DNA from: Promethearchaeota archaeon
GTDB lineage: Archaea > Asgardarchaeota > Lokiarchaeia > Sigyniarchaeales > SOKP01
Assembly: GCA_016840085.1 (NCBI GenBank)
Contig: JAEOTA010000004.1
Coordinates: 192,001 to 256,000, forward strand
DNA length: 64,000 bases
Direction: 5' to 3'
Position numbers and translations under genes: made by a program. Positions within the stretch are counted from its first letter, which is position 1. Each line of letters begins with the position of its first letter. The notes under the pieces are model-generated. The model saw nothing but the letters and a program-made list of their open reading frames with translations, made no database searches and was not told where the DNA came from. Shown here piece after piece: positions 40,136 through 50,412 of the stretch.

Positions 40136-41845
40136 TTATTGTTCTCTCAATAACTTTTTATCTACTTTACCTACAGAAGTAACTGGTAATTCATCAGTAA
40201 ATTCAATGAATTTGGGAACTTCATAAGGTGAACAATTTTCTTTGGCGAAAGCAGTTATTTCTTCTGTTAGTTTCTCTTCATTTCCATCAAATTTATAATC
40301 AGGATCTAACTGGATGAAAGCTTTAACAAGTTCAGATCCAGGTCTATCAGGGTTAGGTAATCCAATTACGGCAACCATACCTATTGCAGGATGTTTAGTT
40401 AATGTATCTTCTAGTTTAGTTGAAAATACTTTATATCCTCCTACAATAATCATATCTTTTGTCCGATCTGCGATTCTCAGATAGCCTTCATCATCCATTA
40501 TTCCAATGTCTCCTGTGTGCATAAACCCATCAGAATCAATTGCTTTCTTCGTCTCTTCTGGTTTATTGTGATACCCTTGCATAACCATAGGACCTTTAAC
40601 ACAAATTTCTCCAGGTTCCCCTAGAGGCATTTCTTTACCTGTATCAGGGTCAACTAGTTTTAACTCTACATTAGGGAAAGGTAAGCCAATATGTCCCAAT
40701 TTCTTCTTTCCTCTTGAAGGATTACCAACTGTTAATGGTGATGTTTCACTCATCCCATATAACTCTATAAGTTTTCCTTCACCAATAACACTTTCAAAAA
40801 TTTCTTGTGATTCTTTCGGAAAAGGAGCTGCAGCGGATATTGCGAAATTTATCATATCTCTATCAATTTTTGTGAATTTAGGATTTTTCAATAACATTTG
40901 GTATAATGTAGGCACATTTGCTAATACAGTAGGTCGATATTTTAACATTTCTTTAATGATATGGGTTGTATCTCTGGGATTTGGGATTAATATTTGACTC
41001 CAGCCTAACATTATAGCATTCGCGCAAGTAAATAATCCTGCGATATGGAAATATGGAAATCCTGATAAAACTAATCCTGTTCCAAATTCCCAGCTAAGCC
41101 AATGTTGAAATATTTTCACATCCGCAACAAAATTTCTATGACTTAACAATGCTCCTTTAGGTGGTCCTGTTGTTCCTCCCGTATATTGAATAAAAGCTAT
41201 ATCCTTTGGTCCCAGTGTAATATTTGGCATGGTGCCAGAATACTTACTTTTAACACTTTTATGATACTCAAGAACTATTAATCCTTCTAATGGCTTAACC
41301 TTACCTTTCGGAATTTTTCCTACTAATTTACCCATAGTCCCTAAGAATTTAGGCATAAATCCTGCAACACTCGTAGTAACAACAAGTTTCAATGATGGAA
41401 TCTTTGTATAAATTTTCGTGATATGACCTGCAAAAACAGCGTCTAAAGTGAGCAATGCGACTTGTTTTCCACCAGATCCTAAATCATTTAATTGATATTC
41501 TATTTGGACAGCTGAAAGGAGGGGAGAAACGCCAGAAATGATCAAACCTGCTTTTAATCCTCCCAAAAATGCGATGATATACTCAGGAATATTGACAATA
41601 TTAATTCCTAGCACATCTCCTTTCTTAAATCCATTTTCAATCAACATATTAGCGAATTCATTTGAAAGCTTATCTAATTTTTCAAATGTGACTTCTGTAC
41701 CATAAAAAAAGAAAGCAGCTTTTTCGGGGAGTTCTTCAAACGTTTTTCTTATTGCTCGAGTAAAAGATGTTTCAAATTCTTTAGGATCCAGATCCTTTAT
41801 GTTTGGGTCCCAATTTGACTTCCAGAATCTATCTTTATATGACAT
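40136..41845 (-). CDS. Long-chain fatty acid-CoA ligase (AMP-binding)
   Basis: QYTGGTTGPPKG, YGMSET, HTGD, DRTKD, GKV. Confidence 0.92.
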   Translation of the reverse strand: MSYKDRFWKSNWDPNIKDLDPKEFETSFTRAIRKTFEELPEKAAFFFYGTEVTFEKLDKLSNEFANMLIENGFKKGDVLGINIVNIPEYIIAFLGGLKAGLIISGVSPLLSAVQIEYQLNDLGSGGKQVALLTLDAVFAGHITKIYTKIPSLKLVVTTSVAGFMPKFLGTMGKLVGKIPKGKVKPLEGLIVLEYHKSVKSKYSGTMPNITLGPKDIAFIQYTGGTTGPPKGALLSHRNFVADVKIFQHWLSWEFGTGLVLSGFPYFHIAGLFTCANAIMLGWSQILIPNPRDTTHIIKEMLKYRPTVLANVPTLYQMLLKNPKFTKIDRDMINFAISAAAPFPKESQEIFESVIGEGKLIELYGMSETSPLTVGNPSRGKKKLGHIGLPFPNVELKLVDPDTGKEMPLGEPGEICVKGPMVMQGYHNKPEETKKAIDSDGFMHTGDIGIMDDEGYLRIADRTKDMIIVGGYKVFSTKLEDTLTKHPAIGMVAVIGLPNPDRPGSELVKAFIQLDPDYKFDGNEEKLTEEITAFAKENCSPYEVPKFIEFTDELPVTSVGKVDKKLLREQ

Positions 41846-42296
41846 TTTAATACTTTAGTTTTTTTAATTTTAAAATTACAGGAATGATAATATATTATTT
41901 AACGTGACTTATTATAAAGTTTAATTCAGCCGAAAAAAAAAGAACAATATTTCTGTTATGAACTTTATAAATTAAGAATGATGCTCTTATTCTATTTATC
42001 GATGCTCTAAAAATTTTAGATTCAATAGATACAATTTTTTTGTAATGTTCTTCTCCTAATTGCATTCTATTGTCTTGAGCTTTTTGTCGGACACCTTTTA
42101 TCAATTTAGAATTAAACACAATTTATTTTTACTTTTACTCTCCCCCCTCTCTATCCCTATGGAACGCTATTACTTTTAAAAGAACATTTTTTCTTAAAAA
42201 AGGAAATAGATTTACTAATCTGTAGACATAATGCACGTATTTCAGAAAATTGTCGGTGTATCTCTGTTTTATTTTGAAGAATTGTTACTTTATATA

Positions 42297-43043
42297 ATGT
42301 CGTTTAATTCAGGATTCAAAGTGTATAAAAGGAACAACCATTTCCGACTCATTTCAAGTGGAGATAAGACTTTAGATGAATTACTTTCTGGAGGCTTTCA
42401 TCGTGATCTAGTGTATTTACTCTATGGAGATAAGAAGGTATCCACTAATATTTTAATAACAACTTCTGTTATTGTTCAAAAATCCTTTAGCAATGGAGGG
42501 CTCGGGGATGGTGTTAGAGTTGCCTTCATTGATGCAAATAATCGATTTAACCCTTATAATATAAGTAAATTTGCAGTTTCACAAAATTTATCGCCCACAA
42601 AAGTATTAGAGAATATTCTAATTGCCCGAGCGTTTACTTGGGATCAAATGGTTGAGCTTTTAGAAAACAAACTTTCCAAACTTGAAGATGTTAAAGTAGT
42701 CTTGATTTCTGGAATTACTACCTTGTTTGAAAGCTACGAAAAACAGACCTTTGAAGACCTGCTAAGAGCAATAGATGGAATAAAAAAAATACTTTGGAAA
42801 ACAAACCCACTAATTATTATAACGGCACCTTTAAACGAGTATTCGCTTTTCAGACCTAAAGGTGGAAAAATTCTTTCCCATTTTGGAAGTGTGTTAGTAA
42901 TGATAAAAGATGACGAACGATATATAGAACATACACTTGTTCAGCATCCTTATTTACCTGAAAAGCGATTGTTGAAGTGGAAACCATGTGAACCAAAGAA
43001 GAAGGTTCCTTTAAGAAATATGACACTCGATTTATGGTTTTAA
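42297..43043 (+). CDS. RadA/Rad51-like protein with degenerate Walker A (PolB2-associated type); likely start at 42297
   Basis: SSG...LDELL.GG, FIDANN.F.PY, I.IARAFT..Q; P-loop is YGDKKVST. Confidence 0.8.
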   Translation: MSFNSGFKVYKRNNHFRLISSGDKTLDELLSGGFHRDLVYLLYGDKKVSTNILITTSVIVQKSFSNGGLGDGVRVAFIDANNRFNPYNISKFAVSQNLSPTKVLENILIARAFTWDQMVELLENKLSKLEDVKVVLISGITTLFESYEKQTFEDLLRAIDGIKKILWKTNPLIIITAPLNEYSLFRPKGGKILSHFGSVLVMIKDDERYIEHTLVQHPYLPEKRLLKWKPCEPKKKVPLRNMTLDLWF

Positions 43044-43048
43044 ATTTA

Positions 43049-43471
43049 TCACCAAAAAGCGTTTTCAAATTTTTTTATAGTATCTTGTAGACTATCTTCA
43101 ATATGCTTTTCAAAATCAGTAAAAATACTTATATCATTATCCCAATTTTCAAAAATCTCTTTTGGGTATAAATTAAAGAATCGATTAGCAATATTTCGCA
43201 TCTCTTCTTTAACTTTTTTCTCCTTAGTCTTTTTTGAAGAATTTACAATGAATGATAATCCATGTTGCTTCATAAAAATGTATTTTTTATCTTTTAACTC
43301 AAAACTAGATAATCCTCCTCTTTCTAGCTCTTCTGCTAATAGATTCAATGCAGATATTAATGCCCCAATTAATTGTTCATCTACGCTTTTTTCAAAAACG
43401 CGGTGATATAAGACAGCGCCTGCATCATTTAGTATCCAAATGTCTTGTATTATTTTTTCCACAGAAATCAC
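43049..43471 (-). CDS. Longin-like domain protein
   Basis: I.IL...G..LY, D.QL...L.SA...A.E, F...Y, F..F pattern of Asgard longins. Confidence 0.65.
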   Translation of the reverse strand: MISVEKIIQDIWILNDAGAVLYHRVFEKSVDEQLIGALISALNLLAEELERGGLSSFELKDKKYIFMKQHGLSFIVNSSKKTKEKKVKEEMRNIANRFFNLYPKEIFENWDNDISIFTDFEKHIEDSLQDTIKKFENAFW

Positions 43472-43561
43472 GGCTTATTATTTTCCAATTAACTTTAATA
43501 TAAATTAAGAAAAAATAAATATAAAAAATTTAATGTTAAGTTTTTAAAAAATTATTATTTA

Positions 43562-44296
43562 TTATTCACTAGATTTTGGTCTAATATATCCGTAATATGC
43601 TCCAAAAATACCTATTATCGCACAAATCCAGGCTAAAAAATAAAACAATGTAAACCCTGGGCTACCTAAAAAGATTAATACCCGATCAATCGCAAAATTG
43701 AGAAATATCAACATAAAACTAATTGACATAATTGCTAATGATAAAAATGCTTGTTTGTAAGTCTTCTCCTCAACAGTTCGATAAGATTCTATTGCTCTTC
43801 GTAGAAAGGGGGCATAAACCATAACCATATATAAAAATACAATTAAAAAGGCAAAAATATCTAGTAATGTGTTATCTGTCTCATAGATGATCAATACATA
43901 AAAACCTGAGAATATTCCATAGATTATCACAGCATATTTTTGTATGGCGGTGTATCCCTTTTCAAAAACGTTTACTTTTAAGATATAGGATAAAAAAATA
44001 GCGATAGTCACGAAGAATTCACTTAATCTAAAATCTAATATTCTATTATATATCCAAACAACTATGGAACCATCTTGTACGACAGTTGATTGTAAAACTA
44101 CAAAAACTTTTGATATCCAAGAAAAAAGAATAGCAATAAAATAGTTTATGAAGATTAATAGAAGCAATCGTGTGAGTTTATGACGCTTAATTAAATACTT
44201 TTTCAATATAAGTATTAGTAAAACTGCAGCGAATATGATTATAAAAAGTTCAAAGATCATACCGATAAAATTTAGAAGTATATTTAATTCAACCAT
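43562..44296 (-). CDS. Multi-pass (~7 TM) membrane protein
   Basis: Seven hydrophobic segments. Confidence 0.75.
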   Translation of the reverse strand: MVELNILLNFIGMIFELFIIIFAAVLLILILKKYLIKRHKLTRLLLLIFINYFIAILFSWISKVFVVLQSTVVQDGSIVVWIYNRILDFRLSEFFVTIAIFLSYILKVNVFEKGYTAIQKYAVIIYGIFSGFYVLIIYETDNTLLDIFAFLIVFLYMVMVYAPFLRRAIESYRTVEEKTYKQAFLSLAIMSISFMLIFLNFAIDRVLIFLGSPGFTLFYFLAWICAIIGIFGAYYGYIRPKSSE

Positions 44297-44474
44297 AATA
44301 ATTAACTATTAAAATATAAACATAAAAAATTATATTTTTACAAAATAAATGTGATTTTAATAATCTTAAGATATTTCAACAACTCTCACTTTTTTTGAAT
44401 AAATTTGTAAAAACCATTATAAACCTCCAGATTGAATTTTATATTAAATAATAGTATAATTCATTTGATAAAAA

Positions 44475-46523
44475 ATGCAGAAATATAGGAGTTTTAGTTC
44501 AATTTGTCTTATTGGAATTACATTTTACCTATTTATAGAAAGTTTTTATAATGTCCTAGTAGATATTAATGCTTACATTTTCTTGAATTTTTCAGAGATC
44601 CTTACTGTATTGCCTGCGCTGATAATTGTGGTATTCCTTATAATCTTTGAATATGTCTTCTTTATGTCAGGAAAGATAGAAAAGAAGTATAAACCATATA
44701 TTTGTCTTTATCTCATTGCTGGAATTCGAATAAGTACTCAGTTTATTCTTACTCCCGGTGTAATTCTTGTACTTAATTTAATAATGCTTTTTACGATCTT
44801 GATTTTCTTCATGGGTTTTGTTTTCTTAATGGAAGTGAGTGATTCTTATATAAGTATTTCACATTTTTTAGGAAGCGTAATAATTGGATTGGGGATTCAA
44901 TTTATCTTTTTAACTATAAATATTTCATCAAGTCTTACATCAGATATTAGCAAAATCATTCCCACAGTTGTTATTGTAGCAATACTAATTGTCCTCAACA
45001 GTTATCTTTTTTACCCTGATAAGTTTAAGAAAGTAATCTATGATATTGATGAAAAAATTAAAAATTCAAATAAAACTAGCATCTCATTATTTCACTTTGT
45101 AATCTTAGGAGTTCTTTTTATCTTTTCAATAATGTGGATCTTTAATCCAATGGCACTTTCAGCATATGATATAATTAATCTGAGCATAAATGACTTAATT
45201 TCAAATTCTTTGAATATTTGGCCTAGTTATGGATTCACCTATTATATTTTATTGATACTTCTTGCTGCAATACTGAGTTATGTAATTATCATTAAATATT
45301 TATTTTCGTTAAGTCAAAAGATACTAAAGAAGATCGTTATCTCTTCTATTGGAATTACTTGTATCTTAACAATATTTGCACTTTTCATAATTGAAAATGA
45401 TTTTACCTTAATTTCTTCGATTTACATTTCATTCATGACGGTAATTGGGGTTTTTTCCATTCTATTATATATATCGTATTTATTCAATTTTTATACTTTT
45501 GATTCTCCTAAAAAACTGTTGATTGGGATTATAATCTTTTTTCTTACAAACATGTTTTTTATCATTCTCCATGTTGAGATTCTATGGTATGAATATATGT
45601 CATTAATAACACATCTAATAATTCAAATAGTTACTGGTATGGTTTTAGTTTTAATTTATGAATTAAAAACTATAAAATTAACATTTTCTCCAAAAGAACG
45701 CACATTAAATTTGAGTAAACCCATTGGAATATTGTTTATATGTGTTGTTATAATCTATGGTATTGCTATTGGCGTTGTAATTCAAGATCGTAAATCTGCA
45801 CCTGTTCAAAATCCAAATCCTAAATTCATGATGTGGAATATTCATACCGCTATCGGAGATGATGACATTTTTCATACTAATCGTCTTATACAAGATATCA
45901 AGGAAAATGATCCCGACATAGTAGGACTAAATGAAGTTGACTTGGGGGCAATGAAAACTTCATTTGTAGATTTACCATCATTTATAGCCCATAAACTTAA
46001 TATGTATTACTTTTTTGGATTTACGTTTTATAAACATTATGGAGATGTTATTTTGAGCAAGTATCCCATATTAGAAGCAGAAATCATTCCTTTACCTCTA
46101 GCTATTCCATCTGAAAGACCAAGATCTTTAATAAGAGCCGAAGTCCAAATAAATTCATCAATTTGGGTCATATTTGTAACTCATTTGTCAACAAACTCAG
46201 AAGACAGATTAGTACAAGTACCTTTTATTGTTAATGAAATTGAAAAAGAAATACCTTGTGAGAGAATAATATGGATGGGTGATTTTAATCATGAACCAGA
46301 TTCTACAGAATATTCATTAATCAACAGTACCTCGACTCTGAACTTTACTGATACTTATAGATTACTAAATTCTGATCCTGGTTATACAGGTGATTTTGAT
46401 GATGCTCATAATCCCCATAAAAGGATTGATTATATAATGTGTTCTCCAGACTTAATACCAAAAATTAGTACTGTCTATTGCTCAATTAGTTCCGATCACT
46501 GTGCTATAATAACACAATTTTAA
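44475..46523 (+). CDS. Polytopic membrane protein with a C-terminal EEP (endonuclease/exonuclease/phosphatase) domain
   Basis: WNIH, PDIVGLNE, LSKYPI, THL, MGDFN, RIDYI, SDH. Confidence 0.88.
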   Translation: MQKYRSFSSICLIGITFYLFIESFYNVLVDINAYIFLNFSEILTVLPALIIVVFLIIFEYVFFMSGKIEKKYKPYICLYLIAGIRISTQFILTPGVILVLNLIMLFTILIFFMGFVFLMEVSDSYISISHFLGSVIIGLGIQFIFLTINISSSLTSDISKIIPTVVIVAILIVLNSYLFYPDKFKKVIYDIDEKIKNSNKTSISLFHFVILGVLFIFSIMWIFNPMALSAYDIINLSINDLISNSLNIWPSYGFTYYILLILLAAILSYVIIIKYLFSLSQKILKKIVISSIGITCILTIFALFIIENDFTLISSIYISFMTVIGVFSILLYISYLFNFYTFDSPKKLLIGIIIFFLTNMFFIILHVEILWYEYMSLITHLIIQIVTGMVLVLIYELKTIKLTFSPKERTLNLSKPIGILFICVVIIYGIAIGVVIQDRKSAPVQNPNPKFMMWNIHTAIGDDDIFHTNRLIQDIKENDPDIVGLNEVDLGAMKTSFVDLPSFIAHKLNMYYFFGFTFYKHYGDVILSKYPILEAEIIPLPLAIPSERPRSLIRAEVQINSSIWVIFVTHLSTNSEDRLVQVPFIVNEIEKEIPCERIIWMGDFNHEPDSTEYSLINSTSTLNFTDTYRLLNSDPGYTGDFDDAHNPHKRIDYIMCSPDLIPKISTVYCSISSDHCAIITQF

Positions 46524-46548
46524 ATTTGAGTTTTTAAAAATAATACGT

Positions 46549-46965
46549 TTAATCTTTTTCCTTTTTTTTATACATATTCGGATCTTTTTCTTCCAAAGTT
46601 AATTTATCTCCACCATATTGAATTTTGCGACCTTTATAGTAAAGAGTAGTTTTTTCATCACAGATTTTGTTCCATTCCTCTAATCCTAATTTTTGTATCA
46701 TGATTGAATTATACACTTTAGAATTATGTGGGGTAAAAATTTCAAAATTTACAATAGGTTGTAACATTTCACAGGGAAAATCAGCACACTCATAACAAAA
46801 ATCATGCCCCTTGCTAGTGACACATTCATAAGTCTTACATACGGGAAATTTGAGGATCTGTCCTTTCTGTTCACGACACCCTTTACATCCAGAAGCTTTT
46901 ACACCTGGACATCTAGCACAATATATTCCGCATGGTGCATGCATTTTATTTAAATCTTCAGCCAT
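46549..46965 (-). CDS. Cys-rich protein, DUF3795-like
   Basis: APCGIYC..C, C.GC, C....C, C.EC.DFPC. Confidence 0.75.
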   Translation of the reverse strand: MAEDLNKMHAPCGIYCARCPGVKASGCKGCREQKGQILKFPVCKTYECVTSKGHDFCYECADFPCEMLQPIVNFEIFTPHNSKVYNSIMIQKLGLEEWNKICDEKTTLYYKGRKIQYGGDKLTLEEKDPNMYKKKEKD

Positions 46966-47195
46966 AATTCTTACATCATCTTTTTATTGTTAGTATTAAA
47001 AAAATTTAGTACTATTTAATTTTTCTTTTAGTGTTGAATAAAGCTCACTCTTCATAATTTGTTTATAAATCTCAAACTTCATAAAAACACTTAAATAGGT
47101 GGAAGACTCTTAGATTATTGGATTCTAGAAATTTCAAACTTCATGAAAAACAAAAAAAATTATTTATCCTGAGTTTAAGAGAGGTGATTTAAAAG

Positions 47196-47351
47196 ATAAC
47201 CTATTTTGTCTATCCAAAAGGAGATGTGAAAATATGTAAGTTATGTAAGGGGAATGGAAGTATTTGGGTTTATAGAAGTGATTTAGAAGATTTTGATGAA
47301 ATATTATGCCCTGAATGTAAAGGTAAGAAAATACAAATGAAAGAGAATTAA
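47196..47351 (+). CDS. Unannotated microprotein with a DnaJ-type Zn finger (start ATA 47196 or GTG 47226)
   Basis: CKLCKGNG...CPECKG; GAGGTGA SD-like site at 47181. Confidence 0.6.
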   Translation: MTYFVYPKGDVKICKLCKGNGSIWVYRSDLEDFDEILCPECKGKKIQMKEN

Positions 47352-47370
47352 AGATGAGAGTCCTAAATTT

Positions 47371-50040
47371 TTATTCTAAAATATCGAATCTGTTAAAAAG
47401 TTTATACACTAACTTTAACCTCCAGAACTTTTTTTTAGCTCTCCTACTAGCAATTGTATTTATGAAAGCTATTCCATCATCTCCTTTTGAATGTAAAGAA
47501 TTTTTAAAATCAGGATAAGATAAACCACCAATAGCTTTTGGAGGTCTGCCAAAACTTTTCACTTCTTTCCAATCTTTATTTAATTCTCTTGTAGCTCTCC
47601 ATGTTTTATCTGTTTTAATTTTTATTTGTTCCTCTGTAGTTAAATTAATTTCACCATAAACATTTATTGGGCAGAAACCACCGATGAAATCTATATTTTC
47701 AATCATTATTAGATTTTCACCTTGTTTTAGATACTCTTTCATATCAAAAATTTTAATATTATTTTCTAGAACAACAAAATTAAGGGAGTGTCGAGTAATA
47801 ATATGGCCTACCTCTGAATCATTTATAAAAATTTTAGCAAAGGTTCCAGCAATAACTTGTAAATATGCTTGTTCTATTTTTCCAACAATATTTATTACTT
47901 TCTTATAAAATGTTGTATGAACTCTGTGTAATCCTTCACTATCTAAATAAATTAGTTCACTAGGGATGTTAGGATTTTCCCATCTAACGTTTCTTTCTAA
48001 TTGGTCAATTTTGTCATTATAAAATTTTATTAACCATAAATAACGTTTTTTTATCGATTCAAAACCTTCTTTTCTAGCACATTTCATCCATAGATATTCA
48101 TATTCATCAATTATATGGTTCAATTCATCTTTTAGTTCTTGGATCTCTTTAATTTTTTGGTTCTTATAATTCTCTTTAATAGGAAAGTAACCAATTAAAG
48201 ATTTTGAATTTATTCTTTTTTTACAATAAAACTTAATATGTTTTGCGACAAAAGCAAGGTTAGAAATGTTTATTTTATTTTTAGGAACAATTTTTTCTAA
48301 CTCATCGCAATTCTTAATTATTTCATTCAATTCTTCTATTAATTTTTTAAATCCGGAAATCTTAATATTTTTTTTATATCTCCGAGATTTTTTTGCATAA
48401 GGATGTGCAAAAAAATGATTGTAATATGCTGTTGGGCTAATATGTAATTTTCGTTCATCTTGGAGTGAGCGAATTGAACTAAAAATTTGTATTAATTTAC
48501 TATCTATTATTCCAAAAAAATGAATAAATAAACATTTCCAAAAATATATGATATTTAATTCTTTTAAAGGATTCCATCCGACTACCGCAGAAAATATAAA
48601 ACCATAAAATCTATTTTCTCTAATTTCTTTGTTTTGATAATCCCCCCAACTTGAGGTTACTTCCCCAATTACTCCCTTCTCATACCCAAACTTGAGTAAT
48701 TTTATAATATTTTTTTCATATTTATCAATCGAAGGAAAAATTCGATTGAAATCCATTATCGAAGGGCTAACTATTACAGGATAATCATAATCTCTTATTT
48801 CATTTAAAATTGGATGACTTGCTTTAGTGTTATATTTCCAATACATTATTATCATATCCTTGGGTAAACCTTCAAGAATCTCTCTATATTTATATAGAAT
48901 ATCATGATAAATAATGACTTTTTTATACCCATATTTTTTAGCAATATCATACACCTTCTTATAATGATTTAGATAAGTTCTTCCAATACCAACATCTTCA
49001 ACATGCTTCTTTGAAGCTACTTTTCCAACATCCCAACTCTCATCAGCACCGATGTGAAAATACTCCGATTTAAAAGCCTTACTTAAATCACCAATCATAT
49101 CATCCAAGAGCTCATAAATTTTTTCATTAGTGATATTTAAACTATTGGAACCAGGAAATTCACCATATTTCCAATAATCAGGACGGTGTAAAATATTATC
49201 CCAATGACCTACAGTTTGAAAAATTGGTATAATTTCAATAAAGAATTTTTTTGCATAGTTTTGCAATTCTATTATATCTTCTTTTGAATAAGCCCCTCTA
49301 TTTTTTCTAATTTCAGGATGATTAGTAAACTTAAACATATCTTGCATATAAACTAGATAATATTGATTTATCTTGTAATGGCTCAGTTCTTTAATAAATT
49401 TCTTTAAGCTTTTAATGGTAGGTGCTTGTCCTCGTGATATATCATCTGAAATACCCCTAATTTCTAAGGCAGGAAAATCTATTACCTTTAATTCGCTTAA
49501 TGATAATTTTTTCTGACTTGAGTTCAGTAATTGGAGTAAAGTTTGAATTCCGTAAAATAAACCTTGAGGAGTAGATGCTTCTATTAAAACACTAGATTCT
49601 TCAGAAACTAAGATATATCCTTGTTCAATAAAATTTTTTTCGTTTTTAATCGAATTATAAAGATCTTCCGGAATTATATGTCTTATCGCTTCTAAATTTG
49701 ATTCAATAGCTGGAAAATCATTAATCTCCTGAACTTTATGAACTTCTAAATTCATTTTCAATCCAAAAAATTCTAATCTTTCTTGAAGCTGTTCAATTAT
49801 AAATAAATGTTCTTCTTCTAAGTTGGTAAATAATTTTGTCTCTTCAGTAATTTTCAATTTTTTCAAATTTTTCAATTTGAAGTAGCGAGGTTCTGGAATT
49901 AAAAATGTTTGTTGTTCCTTATCTTCGGAACTAATTAATTTATCCAAAAAAATGAACATAATATTATTTAAACTAAAGGAAATTAAAAAATTTAGCAAAA
50001 TAGGTATATAATATTCTATATCGCTTACAGACATTAACAT
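47371..50040 (-). CDS. GH20 beta-N-acetylhexosaminidase-like protein (start may lie downstream)
   Basis: G.FYG.QTL.QL, D.P....RG...D.SR, HIGADE. Confidence 0.88.
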   Translation of the reverse strand: MLMSVSDIEYYIPILLNFLISFSLNNIMFIFLDKLISSEDKEQQTFLIPEPRYFKLKNLKKLKITEETKLFTNLEEEHLFIIEQLQERLEFFGLKMNLEVHKVQEINDFPAIESNLEAIRHIIPEDLYNSIKNEKNFIEQGYILVSEESSVLIEASTPQGLFYGIQTLLQLLNSSQKKLSLSELKVIDFPALEIRGISDDISRGQAPTIKSLKKFIKELSHYKINQYYLVYMQDMFKFTNHPEIRKNRGAYSKEDIIELQNYAKKFFIEIIPIFQTVGHWDNILHRPDYWKYGEFPGSNSLNITNEKIYELLDDMIGDLSKAFKSEYFHIGADESWDVGKVASKKHVEDVGIGRTYLNHYKKVYDIAKKYGYKKVIIYHDILYKYREILEGLPKDMIIMYWKYNTKASHPILNEIRDYDYPVIVSPSIMDFNRIFPSIDKYEKNIIKLLKFGYEKGVIGEVTSSWGDYQNKEIRENRFYGFIFSAVVGWNPLKELNIIYFWKCLFIHFFGIIDSKLIQIFSSIRSLQDERKLHISPTAYYNHFFAHPYAKKSRRYKKNIKISGFKKLIEELNEIIKNCDELEKIVPKNKINISNLAFVAKHIKFYCKKRINSKSLIGYFPIKENYKNQKIKEIQELKDELNHIIDEYEYLWMKCARKEGFESIKKRYLWLIKFYNDKIDQLERNVRWENPNIPSELIYLDSEGLHRVHTTFYKKVINIVGKIEQAYLQVIAGTFAKIFINDSEVGHIITRHSLNFVVLENNIKIFDMKEYLKQGENLIMIENIDFIGGFCPINVYGEINLTTEEQIKIKTDKTWRATRELNKDWKEVKSFGRPPKAIGGLSYPDFKNSLHSKGDDGIAFINTIASRRAKKKFWRLKLVYKLFNRFDILE

Positions 50041-50138
50041 GCATTTTTCGAAAACGTGAATTTCAAAACAAAAATCGAAAAATTGTCAATGTATTTTTTT
50101 TTAAATCTCTTAAAAAATTACTTCTTGTGGTTATTATT

Positions 50139-50405
50139 ATGGGTAGGACTGTTCCTTCTTTTAGACCTGCATTGGAACACGAAATCGAAAGTTGGAAAGA
50201 TTTTAAAAGAGCACTTCGCCCTGAAGAACAGAAAGTCTTTGATAGACTGATGAATTTTGCACGAATTCATGCCGATGCTGGGAGTTTGAGCGCTCGCCCT
50301 ATGCTTTCCGAAATTCTTTTTATCTCTTTTGCGATTGAGCAGGAAAAGAAGATTATAATATTGGAGAAAAAAGTAAACGAATTAGAAGAAAAGATTAAAG
50401 GATAA
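50139..50405 (+). CDS. Small conserved PolB2-associated protein
   Basis: MGRTVPSFR..W..F.RALR signature; 7 nt upstream of polB2. Confidence 0.8.
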   Translation: MGRTVPSFRPALEHEIESWKDFKRALRPEEQKVFDRLMNFARIHADAGSLSARPMLSEILFISFAIEQEKKIIILEKKVNELEEKIKG

Positions 50406-50412
50406 GATTAAA

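Noticed and set aside
41895-42119. 74-aa minus-strand ORF
   Set aside because: No recognisable motif; overlaps the probable regulatory region.
47067-47152. Two ~23-nt repeats with a CRISPR-like 62-nt period
   Set aside because: Only two imperfect copies, no cas genes and no clear leader; kept as a possible regulatory repeat.
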